A stretch of DNA of 64,000 nt from Azolla caroliniana (Eukaryota; Plantae; Polypodiophyta): contig JBHGNT010000002.1 of the NCBI GenBank assembly GCA_043228905.1, positions 12,028,001 through 12,092,000 of the forward strand, read 5' to 3'. The notes under the pieces were generated by a model. The model saw only the letters and a list, made by a program, of their open reading frames with translations, ran no database searches and was not told where the DNA came from. Within the stretch, counting starts at the first letter, position 1; each line of letters opens with the position of its first letter. This document shows, one piece after another, positions 1 through 11,498 of the stretch. The position numbers and the translations under genes were made by a program.

Positions 1-870
1 ACAGTTGCACTGTCGAGCACCAAAGCTGAGTACCGAGGAGCGGCTATCGCGACATGTGAAGCCATATTGTTGAAGCGGCTACTTAAGGATCTGCAAGTGG
101 AGGTGTCCGATCCGACGACGATCTACTGTGACAACCTCAACAACATCCACCTCGCGAAGAACCCCGTCTTCCATGCACGGACCAAGCATATTGAGGTGCA
201 TTACCATTTTTTCCGTGAGCGTGTCCTTTCTGGTGAAGTCGAACTTCAGTATGTTCCGACGGATCGGCAGACCGCCGACATCTTCACCAAGCCTCTTGGT
301 CTGGACAAGTTACGGCAATTCTCGGGTGCGCTTGGGTTGCATCACAACGAAGTGCCAAACTTGAGGGGGAGAAACGTCCCAGATGACCACGAAAGGGAGT
401 GGGAAAGGAGCGGAAAAGACCGTGGCTCGGCTGAAGAAGCCGAGAGCGGATCCGCGGAAGAGTCCGAAAACAGACGTAAGGGGAGTAGCCGAAAGAAAAT
501 GCTGGAGCCAACCAGGCATGGGGGAGATGACGCCGTCAAAGGCGAGAAGACCGAAGACGAGTTGGAGATAGCCAACTCGGACGAGAGTGAAAACCGATCG
601 GAGGTAGCCAAGTCGGTTCGGATGTTTGATTCAAATACACTGAATCAACTAAGGGCCAAGCAGAAAAGAAGGCAGCAGGAGAAGCGCCAACACCGCGATA
701 GCAAGGGAGCTGTGAAGGGCCGTGGGAGGAGACAAGCCGACCAGAAGGGTCAAAGCACGCGGAGTCGAACAGATCGAGGAGCGCGAGCGAGGCGTGTAGC
801 CAGGAGAAGTCGGAGCGTAGATCTGGCAGAGCTGGCGGAACCTCAAGTTGAGCTTGAGGGGGAGTGTTGA
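1..870 (+). CDS. Copia Pol C-terminus: RNase H plus ~170-aa charged low-complexity extension ending ELEGEC* inside the LTR (partial)
   Basis: Frame open from base 1 to TGA 868-870 (ORF 67..870); homologous extension at 44535..45116 (-). Confidence 0.85.
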   Translation, partial: TVALSSTKAEYRGAAIATCEAILLKRLLKDLQVEVSDPTTIYCDNLNNIHLAKNPVFHARTKHIEVHYHFFRERVLSGEVELQYVPTDRQTADIFTKPLGLDKLRQFSGALGLHHNEVPNLRGRNVPDDHEREWERSGKDRGSAEEAESGSAEESENRRKGSSRKKMLEPTRHGGDDAVKGEKTEDELEIANSDESENRSEVAKSVRMFDSNTLNQLRAKQKRRQQEKRQHRDSKGAVKGRGRRQADQKGQSTRSRTDRGARARRVARRSRSVDLAELAEPQVELEGEC

Positions 871-1256
871 GAAACAAGCTCAACATTTGTGCGTAATCCG
901 ATGCGTAAAGCCAGTACGCAAAACGGTGCGTAGGAAGGTCGTATCGGTCCGTAGACCGAAAGACCATTAGAAAGTTATTCCTCGTAAGGAATAGTTTTGG
1001 GAGTAAGTGTTGAGGCTCATTTATGAGCAATCAAGTATTGTCAGTACTTATGTCAGCCCATTGTCAGGGCTTGTATAAAAGTGCTCATTGAGCACATCCT
1101 ATCAGTACAGATTGAGTATTATTTTTTAATTAAGTTTTGTGTGTTTACTCTCTCTCTGTCTCTCCCGTGCGTACAATGCAAACCTAAGCTTTCCATTAAA
1201 CCTGCGTATTCTATTCTTCGGTTTTCCTATATTGCTTCCACACACTATTCTTTTCA
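865..1256 (+). repeat. 3' LTR (~392 bp) of copia element
   Basis: Begins TGTTGAG after PPT, TATAAAA near 1074, end TTGCTTCCACACACTATTCTTTTCA resembles the reverse complement of LTR 44153-44540. Confidence 0.8.
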
Positions 1257-2494
1257 GTTTTGAACCCTCCACAAGCAGGGGGAGTCAAGGCAACACCAGA
1301 ACCTGGCAAGGAAAGGCTGTGACGAATTGTTGGTACTGTGGTTGAAAGGGCCACAAAGAGAGTGAGTGCTTGAGAAAGAGGGTTGATTCAGAAAAGAATG
1401 GATCAAGCCAAGGTGATGCAGATATGCAACACAGATCACACTTCGTAGAAGGCTTAGGGCGAGTCGAAGTAGGTGATGCCCTCATGATGAAGGACAATGC
1501 CAATCGGATGGGAGTACGTACCATGAAGCTAGAGGAGGTCTGGTATGTTGATTCTGGAGCTTCCAACCACATGAGGAACCATGAAGAATGGTTCTCCTTT
1601 CTTGAGCAGCCGGAATGACCGGGAGTTGTCGAAACTGATGACAACCCCATGCATCCCATTGAGCATGTGGGTGATGTACCGCTTAGTCATGTCGGACAGA
1701 AAGGACTGATGCGGAATGTGTTGCATGTCCCGATAATTGCAAATACTTTGTTTCTATCGGAAAATTCATCCATCAGGGAATGCAAGTACGGTTTAATCAC
1801 CATGACTACATCATTGAGGATGAGGGTAGTTGATCGTGCGTGGGCGCAGAGACAGGAGGATGTTAATCCTCGAGACGAATGACGTTGGTGTTGCAATGTT
1901 TGCACGTGGACAAAAGGTCAAATCTGACATCAACTTATGGCACAAGTGGGTTGGTTACATCAACTATCCGAAGCTTCAAGAGTTATAGTCGAAACAAGTG
2001 GTATTGCCGAAGTTCAACAACTGTAAGGGTTAGATATATGAAGCTTGTCAACTCCGGCTCCAATGAGAAGAATTGGAGCTAGAATCAGCTCGATTTAATC
2101 CACACGGATGTATGGGGACCGACATAGTGCATGAGCATAGGTGCGAGCCAATGCTTCGTCTCTTTCATCAAAAAATTTAGCTAGCACACTAGGGTCTACC
2201 TAATTGAGAAGAAGGGCAAAGTTCATGTTTCCAAAATCTAAAGAGTCTTGTTGAACAGGAAACTAGGAAGAAGATCAAGTGTCTAAGATCGGATGGCAGA
2301 AAAGAATACTTTTCCGGTCAGCTCACAAGTTATGTAAAGATTTATGTGCGGAAGCTTAACAAAACACAACCGGCTCAAACGGACATCAACAAAGGAATGC
2401 AGAGAAGAATACAAAAAAATTCAATAAGCGGGAGAGACAGAGAGAGCAGAAGACTGAAAAACATAATTCAAAATAATATGTTTTTTGTACATAC

Positions 2495-3181
2495 TGATGG
2501 AAACTCGACGTTCCTTATGTCCGACGCTCGGCCACAACCGAGATTCTTTTCAGACACAGAAAAACAGGTAATGAAACGCGACACAAAGGGGAGAAAGGGT
2601 ACACAGGAGGTTTACGTGGAAAACCCCAAAATAAGGGAAAAACCACGACAGCCCATAGGCTGCAAACTGTCACTATGTAGGAATATACAACAGTGAGATC
2701 ACTGAGGCAACGACCTCGTGCTCTCAGATCTTCGCCACAGGCGGCGGTTACAACAGAGGCAACGACCTCGTCTCTCTCTCTCTCTCTCTCTGTACAATTG
2801 CGCGCTCACTCTTCTTCTTGCACCAACAAGGAAGAATAACAACAATAAAAACGACAACTACCATAAAAGTTTGCCCTAAGTCATATTTATACTAATATGA
2901 CTTTTCGGCTATTTACAAATATGTCTCTTCCTCCGGTTCATACCGGGCCTACACCATCCGGCTCTCCGCAGTCGGGTACTCCCCATCCGGTTCATACCGG
3001 GTCTACACCATCCGGCTCTCCGCAATCAGGTACTCCCCATCCGGTTCATACCGGGTCTACACCATCCGGCTCTCCGCAGTCGGGTACTCCCCATCCGGTT
3101 CATACCGTTTCGGCCTCGGCCGAGTTTGTTCGTCGGCACTGTTCTTCTCCCTTCCCATCCGGAGGGACCTGTCTCCCAACA
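2495..3181 (-). mobile_element. Tork/Tnt1-like solo LTR (687 bp)
   Basis: TG...CA, perfect TSD CATAC (2490-2494, 3182-3186); similar to LTRs 35499-36242 and 40242-40983. Confidence 0.93.
2933..3108. repeat. 54-bp CCGG-rich tandem repeat (3+ copies) in LTR U3
   Basis: CCGGTTCATACC recurs at 2933, 2987, 3041, 3095. Confidence 0.92.
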
Positions 3182-3519
3182 CATACAAAGGTGTTCAGAG
3201 AGAACTTTTATACAAGTCCTTAAAGGAATGACAAGTACTTCAATGCTCATGAAGGAGCCTCTGACACTAACTCCCAAAAATATAACTACCTACTGAACTA
3301 GGAGCATAGGCCTCTAATGGCCTATTGGATCCCTGCAGATTCGGCTCTCCGATCCAACTCACCGATCGGATTCGGGCCTACTAGATCGGTCTTCATTCGA
3401 TCTAGCTCTCGGATTATTCAACCGATTTGGCCCATGTTGAGCTTGCTCGCTCAACAAATTATCTGCAGAAAAAGGGAATCTTGAGGGAGTTCCCCTACAT
3501 ATACCGGTCTTCTCCGGCA

Positions 3520-4190
3520 ATTGCTGTATCTGGCACGTACTGGAGGACGTGCGGTTTGGTGGGGGTGGATGTCGTGGAGAAAACCGTCCCTAGGAGGAAT
3601 CAAGGAAATATGCGCAAACATTAGCCCTTACATGTGGGCATGCTATTTAATTACTTGCACATACTTAGGAGCAATTCGGTTGATGTGAAGATACTAGGTA
3701 GTACGCATTTATTGTTTAGGAAATCGTAGTGTATCTTTGTCCGAGGTGACAGGGAATAAAGATGATGTAACCAGGTATAACGGTCTATCCTGGAGGCCTA
3801 TAAAAGGGAGGGGAGAAGGCCTCATGAGAGGGATCACTTTTTGTCGAGGACTAAGTGTTGTCAGACTGGAACCGAACTCTTCTCCTCTATCTTTCATAGT
3901 TTTCTGCAGGGTTTGAGAGGCTGCCTTTGCTTCGTGGAAAGCCCGAGTGCTTCCGGCAGAGGCTCCATCTCTTGTGCATTGTGTGAGTTGGTGTTAGCGA
4001 GTTGGCGCTTGCCGGCCAGCTGGCTATAACCTTGATTATATATATATATATATACACACACACATTCGCCTCACGTGTTGTTCGACCTTGTTGTGAGTTC
4101 TCTGTGTATTTGTGTGTGCGTGACTCGACCGTGTGTTCGTGGTGCTCCTCCTTCTGTTCGGTAATTCCCCAGTTCAGGACCCCCGCAGTC
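3520..4190 (+). mobile_element. Probable gypsy LTR remnant (boundaries approximate)
   Basis: CCTATAAAAGGGAGGGG TATA context near 3797, (TA)n(CA)n tract, lies directly upstream of gypsy pol fragments; no TSD found. Confidence 0.4.
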
Positions 4191-5562
4191 CCGCCTTGGT
4201 TTCTCCTATGCGTGCAGAATAACACGACAATGTGCACATTACCGAGCCATTGTACGACTTATTGAAGAAAGAGAAGAAGTTTGAATGGACCTGAGAGCAA
4301 ACGTTGGCGGCTCGCAGACGGAAGGAGATGCTGACGGCGCAAGTCTGATCAAAATTAATTCGGTGATTAATCAGGAGGACAAGGTCGGCACGCAGTTCCC
4401 CATCCGGTTTGGTGCAAAGGTGCTGAGCGAGCGGCAATGAGGATACACTCAGGTTAAGTGCGAGGTTTCGGGTATTGTTTCAGTGGTCAAGACCGACAAA
4501 GACTACTTAATTAGGGTTGAAGTAGTAATCGAGACAGACTGCCTACCGATTCTCGGTTATGGTTTCCGAATGCGAGACTCTCGACCTGGCGATGCTCAGG
4601 TGTATCGCATACATGAGGTCCCTTAATCCGAAGATATGACACATCTCCGAAAAAGACAACACCATGGCCGACATGTTATCGAGAGCACGGTACAACAATG
4701 AGGACGGCATTGTATCAGAGGATGAAGATGTCGGCATGGACTTTTTCGAGTCAGCTCGAATGTCGGCAAACAAATGAAGCACTCCGGCCCTTAGCAAGTT
4801 CAATGAGAACGACTACGACAGGGAGTGCCTTCTAATCGGGCAGTTCCTGAGGACGATGATGATGGACGTGATGTGGACAAAAGAGGAAGTGGAGCGGATC
4901 CGGAAGAAGGCTTACCGGTTCTTCCTACGAGACGGGAAGATCTAGAGACATCTGAAGAAGCGGACCGGCACAACACTCTGGGTGGTGACAAAGGAGGAGA
5001 AACAATCGGTGCTCGTGTCGGAATTCCGTGAAATCCCCTGGTTTGGACACTAGGGCATATGGGCAACGTTCGAAAGGCTGAAAGGGAAGTACTGGTGGCC
5101 AGAGATGTACAGAGATGTGCATCTCTTCGTGTCGACGTGTGAGAGCTACCAGATGCATTCAAGGATCCGGCACCGGGATGGTCGATTTAGTGACAATGGC
5201 GGTGGGAGTAGGGCAAATGCAGTACATGGTGCTTGCACTAGAGGACCTAACGAACCAGGTGGACGGCCGAGCGTTGACAAACAAGTTAGGGTTTGCCAAT
5301 TAGTTTGCCATAAGACCATACCTCAAACCCCATGTAGTTTTTCATTTATAATGTCAATTACATGTTTTTAATTATGCTTCTCTCCCTCGCTCTCTCTCTT
5401 CTAATCGTGTCTTAATTATGTTTCTCTAGTTCGCAATAGCACCTCTCTATTTCATTTCTATTAGTATGGTAATCCTCTTCCCTCCCTGTAACCCTTGTTT
5501 TTAAATTTTAATTAAGTTTTTCGTCTCGTATTTTAGTTTTAATCTTAGGTTTATTTATGTCT

Positions 5563-5601
<39 letters not shown>

Positions 5602-5686
5602 GTTTTAATCTTAGGTTTATTTATGTTTTAATCTCTCACTCACTCTCTCTCTCTCTTTAGTTTTAATCTTAGGTTTATTTATGTTT

Positions 5687-5728
<42 letters not shown>

Positions 5729-7015
5729 TTTAATTAGTATGTTAATCCCCCTCCATTTAAGCCTATCTTTTAATTTTAATTTCTTTCTAATTACCCCACC
5801 CTTTACTTTATTTTTAGGTTCATGTTTCTAGATTTAGATTTCATGTTTGTTAGTTTTCGGGTTATGTTTTTTGTTTTAGTGTTTATGTTTCTAATCTTAG
5901 TGTTTTAAACCCCCACCCCTCTTCCTTTTTGTTAATCCTAATCATGCCGGCTCCCTCTCCTTTCTTCTACCTTGTCTTCGATTCGGGTGCGCTCAAATCG
6001 AGCGTGGTGTTCCTCTTCGCCTACCTCCACCCGTCGATTATCGACCATTCCGCACTCCTTGTTCCGACCGTAAGGTCCATAAACTTACAACAACCATATG
6101 CCAATTTTGATTGAAGATTTTTGTCGGTATGGGTGCGTAGGGAAGATAGTAGCCGATCGAGGGGAGCTAACCGTGTAAGAAGCGGAGGAGTTATTCGACC
6201 GACTAGGTGTTGAAGGTAAACGTACAAGCTCAAATTGACATGAGGTATGGTTGTTTATGTTTATAAAGATGTATGGTGAACATTTATCTAAAGACTCTAG
6301 TGAATAGCATATAATGGGTAAATATATGGGGTAGGTGAGAATTAGACACAAAATCAATGGCTACAAAAGTGGATTCTAATAGGTGAGTCAAGTTGTAAGT
6401 AGCTAGCATAAAGCATAAGGTATAAAAATAGGTATAAAATTTGTTTTATACACGAAGAAAAGAGGAGAGCAAGAGGAATACCTTGATGTCATATCTAAGT
6501 GAGAAGTTCTATAGATTGTCTTTGATATACATTGTTATTCTCTCTCTCATGTTTCTTTTGTATCAGCTATTTTGTAAGATTCATATCTTAATGAATAAAT
6601 AGCCATTGCTTATGTTTAAACACTTGTTGGAAAGCTCTTTCTGTGTATAAAATATCATTCACAGATTCATCATATTATCTAAGTTATCAATCTGAGAGTG
6701 ACAAGTGTCTGTCAAAGTATTGGACCTACAACGGTTCACTATACGCTTCTTACTGCAAATAGGAGGACAAATTCTCCACTCTAGGCTCAAGCTTTCCCTC
6801 ATGATGTGATACAATCCGGAGGCGAATGGGAAGGTGGAACACGAGCATGGGCTGATTGTGAAGGCCATTGTACGAGCATGTGACGAACGGGTCGGGAACT
6901 GGCCGAGGCTCCTGCCATATGCGTTATGGACCGACTGAACTGTGCACAGTTCGGTAACCAGATACATGTCATCCGACCTCATGTTCGAACAAAAGCCAAT
7001 AATGCCGGTTGAGGA
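4190..7015 (+). pseudogene. Degenerate Ty3/gypsy pol fragments (RT end, RNase H, integrase), split by a ~1.4-kb AT/CT-rich insert (~5285-6660)
   Basis: ETDCLPIL, LAMLRCIAYMRSLNP, DNTMADMLSR, YWWPEMYRDVHLFVSTCESYQ; YNPEANGKVE...WPRLLPYALW...KPIMPVE at ~6810-7015. Confidence 0.8.
5530..5730. repeat. Three tandem copies of TAGTTTTAATCTTAGGTTTATTTATGT(C/T)TTAAT each followed by a (CT)n tract
   Basis: Direct reading. Confidence 0.85.
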
Positions 7016-10000
7016 TGTTGGTTGTACCATAACTAGCATCAGCGGCAAGGAAAAGAAATAGGTCTAAGGGCGCGTGAAGGCATGCGGAGCCTTGGGCCCC
7101 GACTGGAGCAATTACAATTTATTACAACCGTGATAAAAACACCCCACTAGTTAACGAAGGCAGTCTTTTCTTGATCATCGGGGTGCATTCGAATTTGGTT
7201 GTACCCACTAAAGCCATCTATGAAGCTATAAGTCTCATGGCCCACCACTACATCGAACACGTCGTCTATGAAGGGTAAGGGAAACACATCAGTTACGGTC
7301 TTGGCATCCAAGTTTCGATAGTCGATTATCCAGACTCGTATCTTGCCATTTTTCTTCTGAAGAATGACTATGGGGTTGAGCCATGTGATGTGTTTGACGG
7401 GCCGAATGAAACCTACTCGAAGGAGTTTGTCAATTTCCTCTTTTACTTTCGCCACATAGTTAGGGTTCATTTGATAACGTCATTGTTGCACGGGTCTGGC
7501 GTCTTGCTATAATGGATTTGATGTTAGTAATAACGAGGATCAAGGCCTTTCATATCGCTATAAGACTAGCAAAAACGTCTTTGTAGTCGAATAGCATGCT
7601 TACTAATGTAATTTTAAGCAACTGCGGTTCCTCGATTGTGCCGAGGTTGATTTCCTCGAGCGTCAAAGCCTTCACTCGTTGAGATATTGCTAATTTGTGT
7701 TCGAGGGCTTCGCAAGCATGCCAGAGTTCCTCTATCGACTTCGGGTCAAGTTCTCGGCTGATATCCTGATCCTCCTCAGCTGATTAGAATACACAGGGGC
7801 TGCTAGCTTCTATGATGTCGATATCAAAGAAAGATATTATTTGCGTGTGATCATCAAGGTAGTTGTTGACTTCATCATCGACTAATCCATCCAGCATGTG
7901 GACACCTTCGGCGTACAAGGGGGTAGTGTCCTTTGGTGTGGTGAGACGCTCTTCGGTGGTAACGCGGATCTTGGCCTTCCCTCACCAGAAAGATATCATG
8001 TTGTGTTGCTTGATGTTAGCAGTGTGTAGCCAAGGTTGGCCAAGCAACAACGCGTAGGCGCCAGGAGATTCGAACTGCAATACCACTACCGAGATCATGA
8101 AGGTATGGCCCCCAAGGATGAAATCGAGTTGTCAAATGAGGCCGAGGGGTCAAATGGAACGGGATTCCGCCATTCATAGCCAAAATGGGCAAGGTTCCCA
8201 TTGCATAATGTCGAGGGATGTGCAAGTGTTCTCGCTAATGACATTGACTCCAGACCCGCCATCGTTGATGCAGCCGCTCACTTCGTGCCCTTTAACTAGC
8301 AGCTTGATTGCGGGGTTCTGTGTGTCCATCAATGGTGGTCCTGCGCTTCACTCTACTAGGTGGACCGACACATTTGGTTGTTCTTTGTGGGTGGTTAAGA
8401 ACACAACCATGTCCTTGAAGTGGGGGAGCAGGTGCAGAATCTTGCTGAGCAGCATTGATATTTGGCAATTGGTTAAACCTTGCCAAATCGAGTCATCTTC
8501 GGACAGCTCTGTAGGCGCCGAGGAAGAAGCGGCGCCAATGCCTATATCTTGCATTTCGCGGTTCATACGGCCCAAGTTAGCAGTATTGGCTTTCTCAATC
8601 CATGCTTTAGTGACTTGTCAAACCTCGTCCTGAACCTCCCACTGTGTTTGTTGAGCCTTACTTCATGCTAACTTGTTGAACCTCGGTAGTGATGGCGTTG
8701 ACTACTGAGCCCTTGCCGCGATCATTGGTTGGACATTGCGTGGCGTAGTGGCGAAGTTTGTTGCAGTCAAAGTAAATTTCTGGAGCGGGTTCGCTAGATT
8801 CCCCTTGTCGATTTGAGACAGCTGAGGTTGTCATGGGGGGCTCGTCATGAGGTAGTGGTTCGTACTATAGGGGTCATCAGCAATCATCCCACTGCTCGTT
8901 GGGAGGAGGACGACGGTGGTCCGACCGAGGATTCTCTCGGTGCCAATTGTTGGAGGAGCGCCAATTATTGCCATATTGTCGATTATTGTGGAAGCGATTA
9001 TTGTTAGGAGGCCTTCATCACTCTTGTCGTGGTTCAGGGTGGTACTAAGGCTCATAGTCTTTGTTACAGTTGTAGTCATATCGATGGTGGTCGTAGGTGT
9101 CCTAGGTAGGCCAGAAATGGTCATCGTCAGGCCGATAGCGGTCCTCGTAACGACGTCGCTTGGCGTCCCGAAAGAGAGGTGGCTAATGGACATGATCGTC
9201 GTGTCGGAAACGATCATTTGTCGGACGGCGGCAGCGGTAGCGCAGTACAGCAGGTTGTACTCACATTGGTCGATGGTGTAGCTCAAGAATGGCAGATGGG
9301 CCAGTGCAAGCGTAGGGTGCATTCCACTACTGAGTATCCCGAGTTCAGGCAAGTGGTGCATTGAATGACCTGCCTGAATTGGGATTCTTCAGTTGTCGGT
9401 AAGGTGCCGCAGGGAGCTCATGGAGAAAGAGTTGTTATTTTGGGCTTTATCCATGGCAAGGACACGATCAATAACTTTCTCAATCGTCTATTGAGAAAAT
9501 TTGAGGAACCCCAAAGTGGTTCAAAGGGGCTCACGGAGAGCGGTAAGGAAGGTCTCCTTCAAATTGTCAGCCAAGATTTCCCGAGCAAGTTGACGGTATA
9601 GGTTCTAAAATAGAATCGTGAACTACAGAATCGTCTCTTGTGGCTCTTGCGAGATGGTGTAGAATTGGCTCAGTAGTTCACGCTTGGCTATCTGTCGATG
9701 GAAAAGGTAGATGAACCTGTCCCAAGAAGCGAACTCCCCCAAGTCGTGTTGGGAGTACCAATGCATTGCTTGCCCATCGAGAGACAAGCCGAACTCCGCG
9801 ATTTTCAATGTTTCAACATAGGCAAGGGCTAATCGTTGTGACACATGGTTTGTTTGCCATGTGGTCAGGAAGGCTAACATATGCGCTTCCACATCAGCGG
9901 CATCGGTGTATCTCGGGTAGGAATAAGACGTGGTGTCAAAGTCGGGATCCTCCCGTGTGACCGAAAAAATGTTATCTTCGGGTTGGTCGACTTCAGAGGC

Positions 10001-10200
10001 ACTACCGCTAGTCGAGGCAAGGTCGTGAATCACGGTGGATTGGGTGTCTGATACCAGAGGTGGCGATTGCTCCGTGAGAGTAGAGTCGGTGATGTTATCT
10101 GCTTCTTTGGCACGTCAGGACGTTGGAAGAGAGTGGGAGGCGTCGTTACGGCGGCTGGGGTTGTCTCCTACGCGTGCTCACTATGAACTCATAGCGTGAA

Positions 10201-10212
10201 CCAGGCGTGCCA
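10201..10212 (-). promoter_or_regulatory. Primer binding site, tRNA-Arg type (TGGCACGCCTGG)
   Basis: 5 nt from LTR end and just upstream of the gag ATG; complementary to the plant tRNA-Arg 3' end ...CCAGGCGTGCCA (recalled, not searched). Confidence 0.8.
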
Positions 10213-10674
10213 AATTATGTTACTCCGTCCTAGAGAACACCTTCAATTACTCCTCCTTAGTAATGAAGTCAAGGAATCATGGTCCATAATGATAGGGTGT
10301 TTAAGACATATGATAGTCGTACACAATATCAGGGCTTGACCAAACCGGTTAGATGGAGTTGTGACTCATAATATATTATATAGATCAAGAGAGACTCAAG
10401 AAATTAAGAAAAAAAGATAGAGAAGATGAGAAAGAGATAATATTGTTATGATATTCCATTATGAAGACAATACAAAGGAGATAAACTCCACATTCAACTA
10501 AGAAACCAAAGACCTTCTTACTACCAAGCACTCAAAAACCACAACTAAGACCCTTCCTCTTTCACTAAGATTTCTCTTCCTAAGACTCCCTCTCCTCTAT
10601 TAGGATCCTCTCCCTATTAGTTCCTTTTTTTATTAGTCCTTCCACTTCTTTTATAATTTTTTTCTTCTTCCTCG

Positions 10675-11498
10675 TGACGGGAACTCAACGCTCCTTATGC
10701 ACAAAGCTCGGCCACAACCGAGATTCTTTTCATACACAGAAAACAGGAAACGAAAACACGAGACAAAGGAGAGGAAGATACACAGGAGGTTAACGTGGAA
10801 AACCCCAAACTAGGGGAAAAACCACGGCAGCCCACAGGCTGCAAACTGTCACTATGTATGAATGTACAAAACAGTGAGTTCACGGAGGCAACGACCTCGG
10901 ACTCACAATCTTCGCCACAGGCGGCGGTTACAACAGAGGCAACGACCTTGTCTCTCTCTCTCTCTCTGTATAGTTACGCACTCTCTCTTCTTCTTGCACC
11001 AACAAGAAAAAATGACAACAACAGTAACTAAAAGTTTTGCCCTAAGTCATATTTATACTAATATGACTTTTCGGCTATTTACAAATGTAGCCTCGATAGG
11101 CTCTCAGAAACATATTTACGAATATGTCTCCTCATTCGGTTCATACCGGGCCTGCACCATCCGACTCTCTGTAGCCGAGTACTGCTCATCCGGTTCACAC
11201 CGGGTCTGTATCATCCGGCTCTCCGTAGCCAGGTACTCCTCATCCGGTCTTCACCGGGTCTGCATCATCCGGCTCTCCGTAGCCAGGTACTCCTCATCCA
11301 GTCTTCACCGGGTCTGCATCATCCGGCTCTCCGTAGCCAGGTACTCCTCATCCGGTCTTCACCGGGTCTGCATCATCCGGCTCTCCGTGGCCGGGTCCAC
11401 CTCATCCGGTCTTCGACCTCGGCCTGTCGGCCTCGGTCGAGTTTGTTCATCGGCACTGATCTTCTCCCTTCCCATCCGGAGGGACCTGTCTCCCAACA
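10675..11498 (-). mobile_element. Tork/Tnt1-like solo LTR (824 bp) nested in a gypsy LTR, with ~5 copies of the 54-bp repeat
   Basis: TG...CA, perfect TSD CCTCG (10670-10674, 11499-11503). Confidence 0.93.

Larger units (their letters stand above)
1..1256 (+). mobile_element. Ty1/copia LTR retrotransposon, 3' end (RNase H, C-terminal extension, PPT, 3' LTR); 5' part outside window
   Basis: Copia RNase H motifs TVALSSTKAEY, IYCDN, KNPVFHARTKHIEVHYHF, QTADIFTK; PPT GAGGGGGAG 856-864; LTR TGTTGAG at 865; same family as 44153-49810. Confidence 0.93.
2333..3456 (-). mobile_element. Copia solo LTR (~430 bp net) containing a nested solo LTR
   Basis: TG...CA termini (tgtaaaga...ctcaaca), TSD AGTTA/AATTA (1 mismatch), splits the host integrase; terminal motif TGTTGAG..CAAGCTCAACA of the local copia clade. 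Confidence 0.85.
1257..3500 (+). pseudogene. Degenerate copia gag-pol fragment (zinc knuckle, protease, integrase start), interrupted by solo LTRs
   Basis: CWYCG*KGHKESEC, WYVDSGASNHM, HTDVWGP, KIKCLRSDG; frame resumes (YLQKKGI) after 3456; many stops and frameshifts. Confidence 0.85.
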
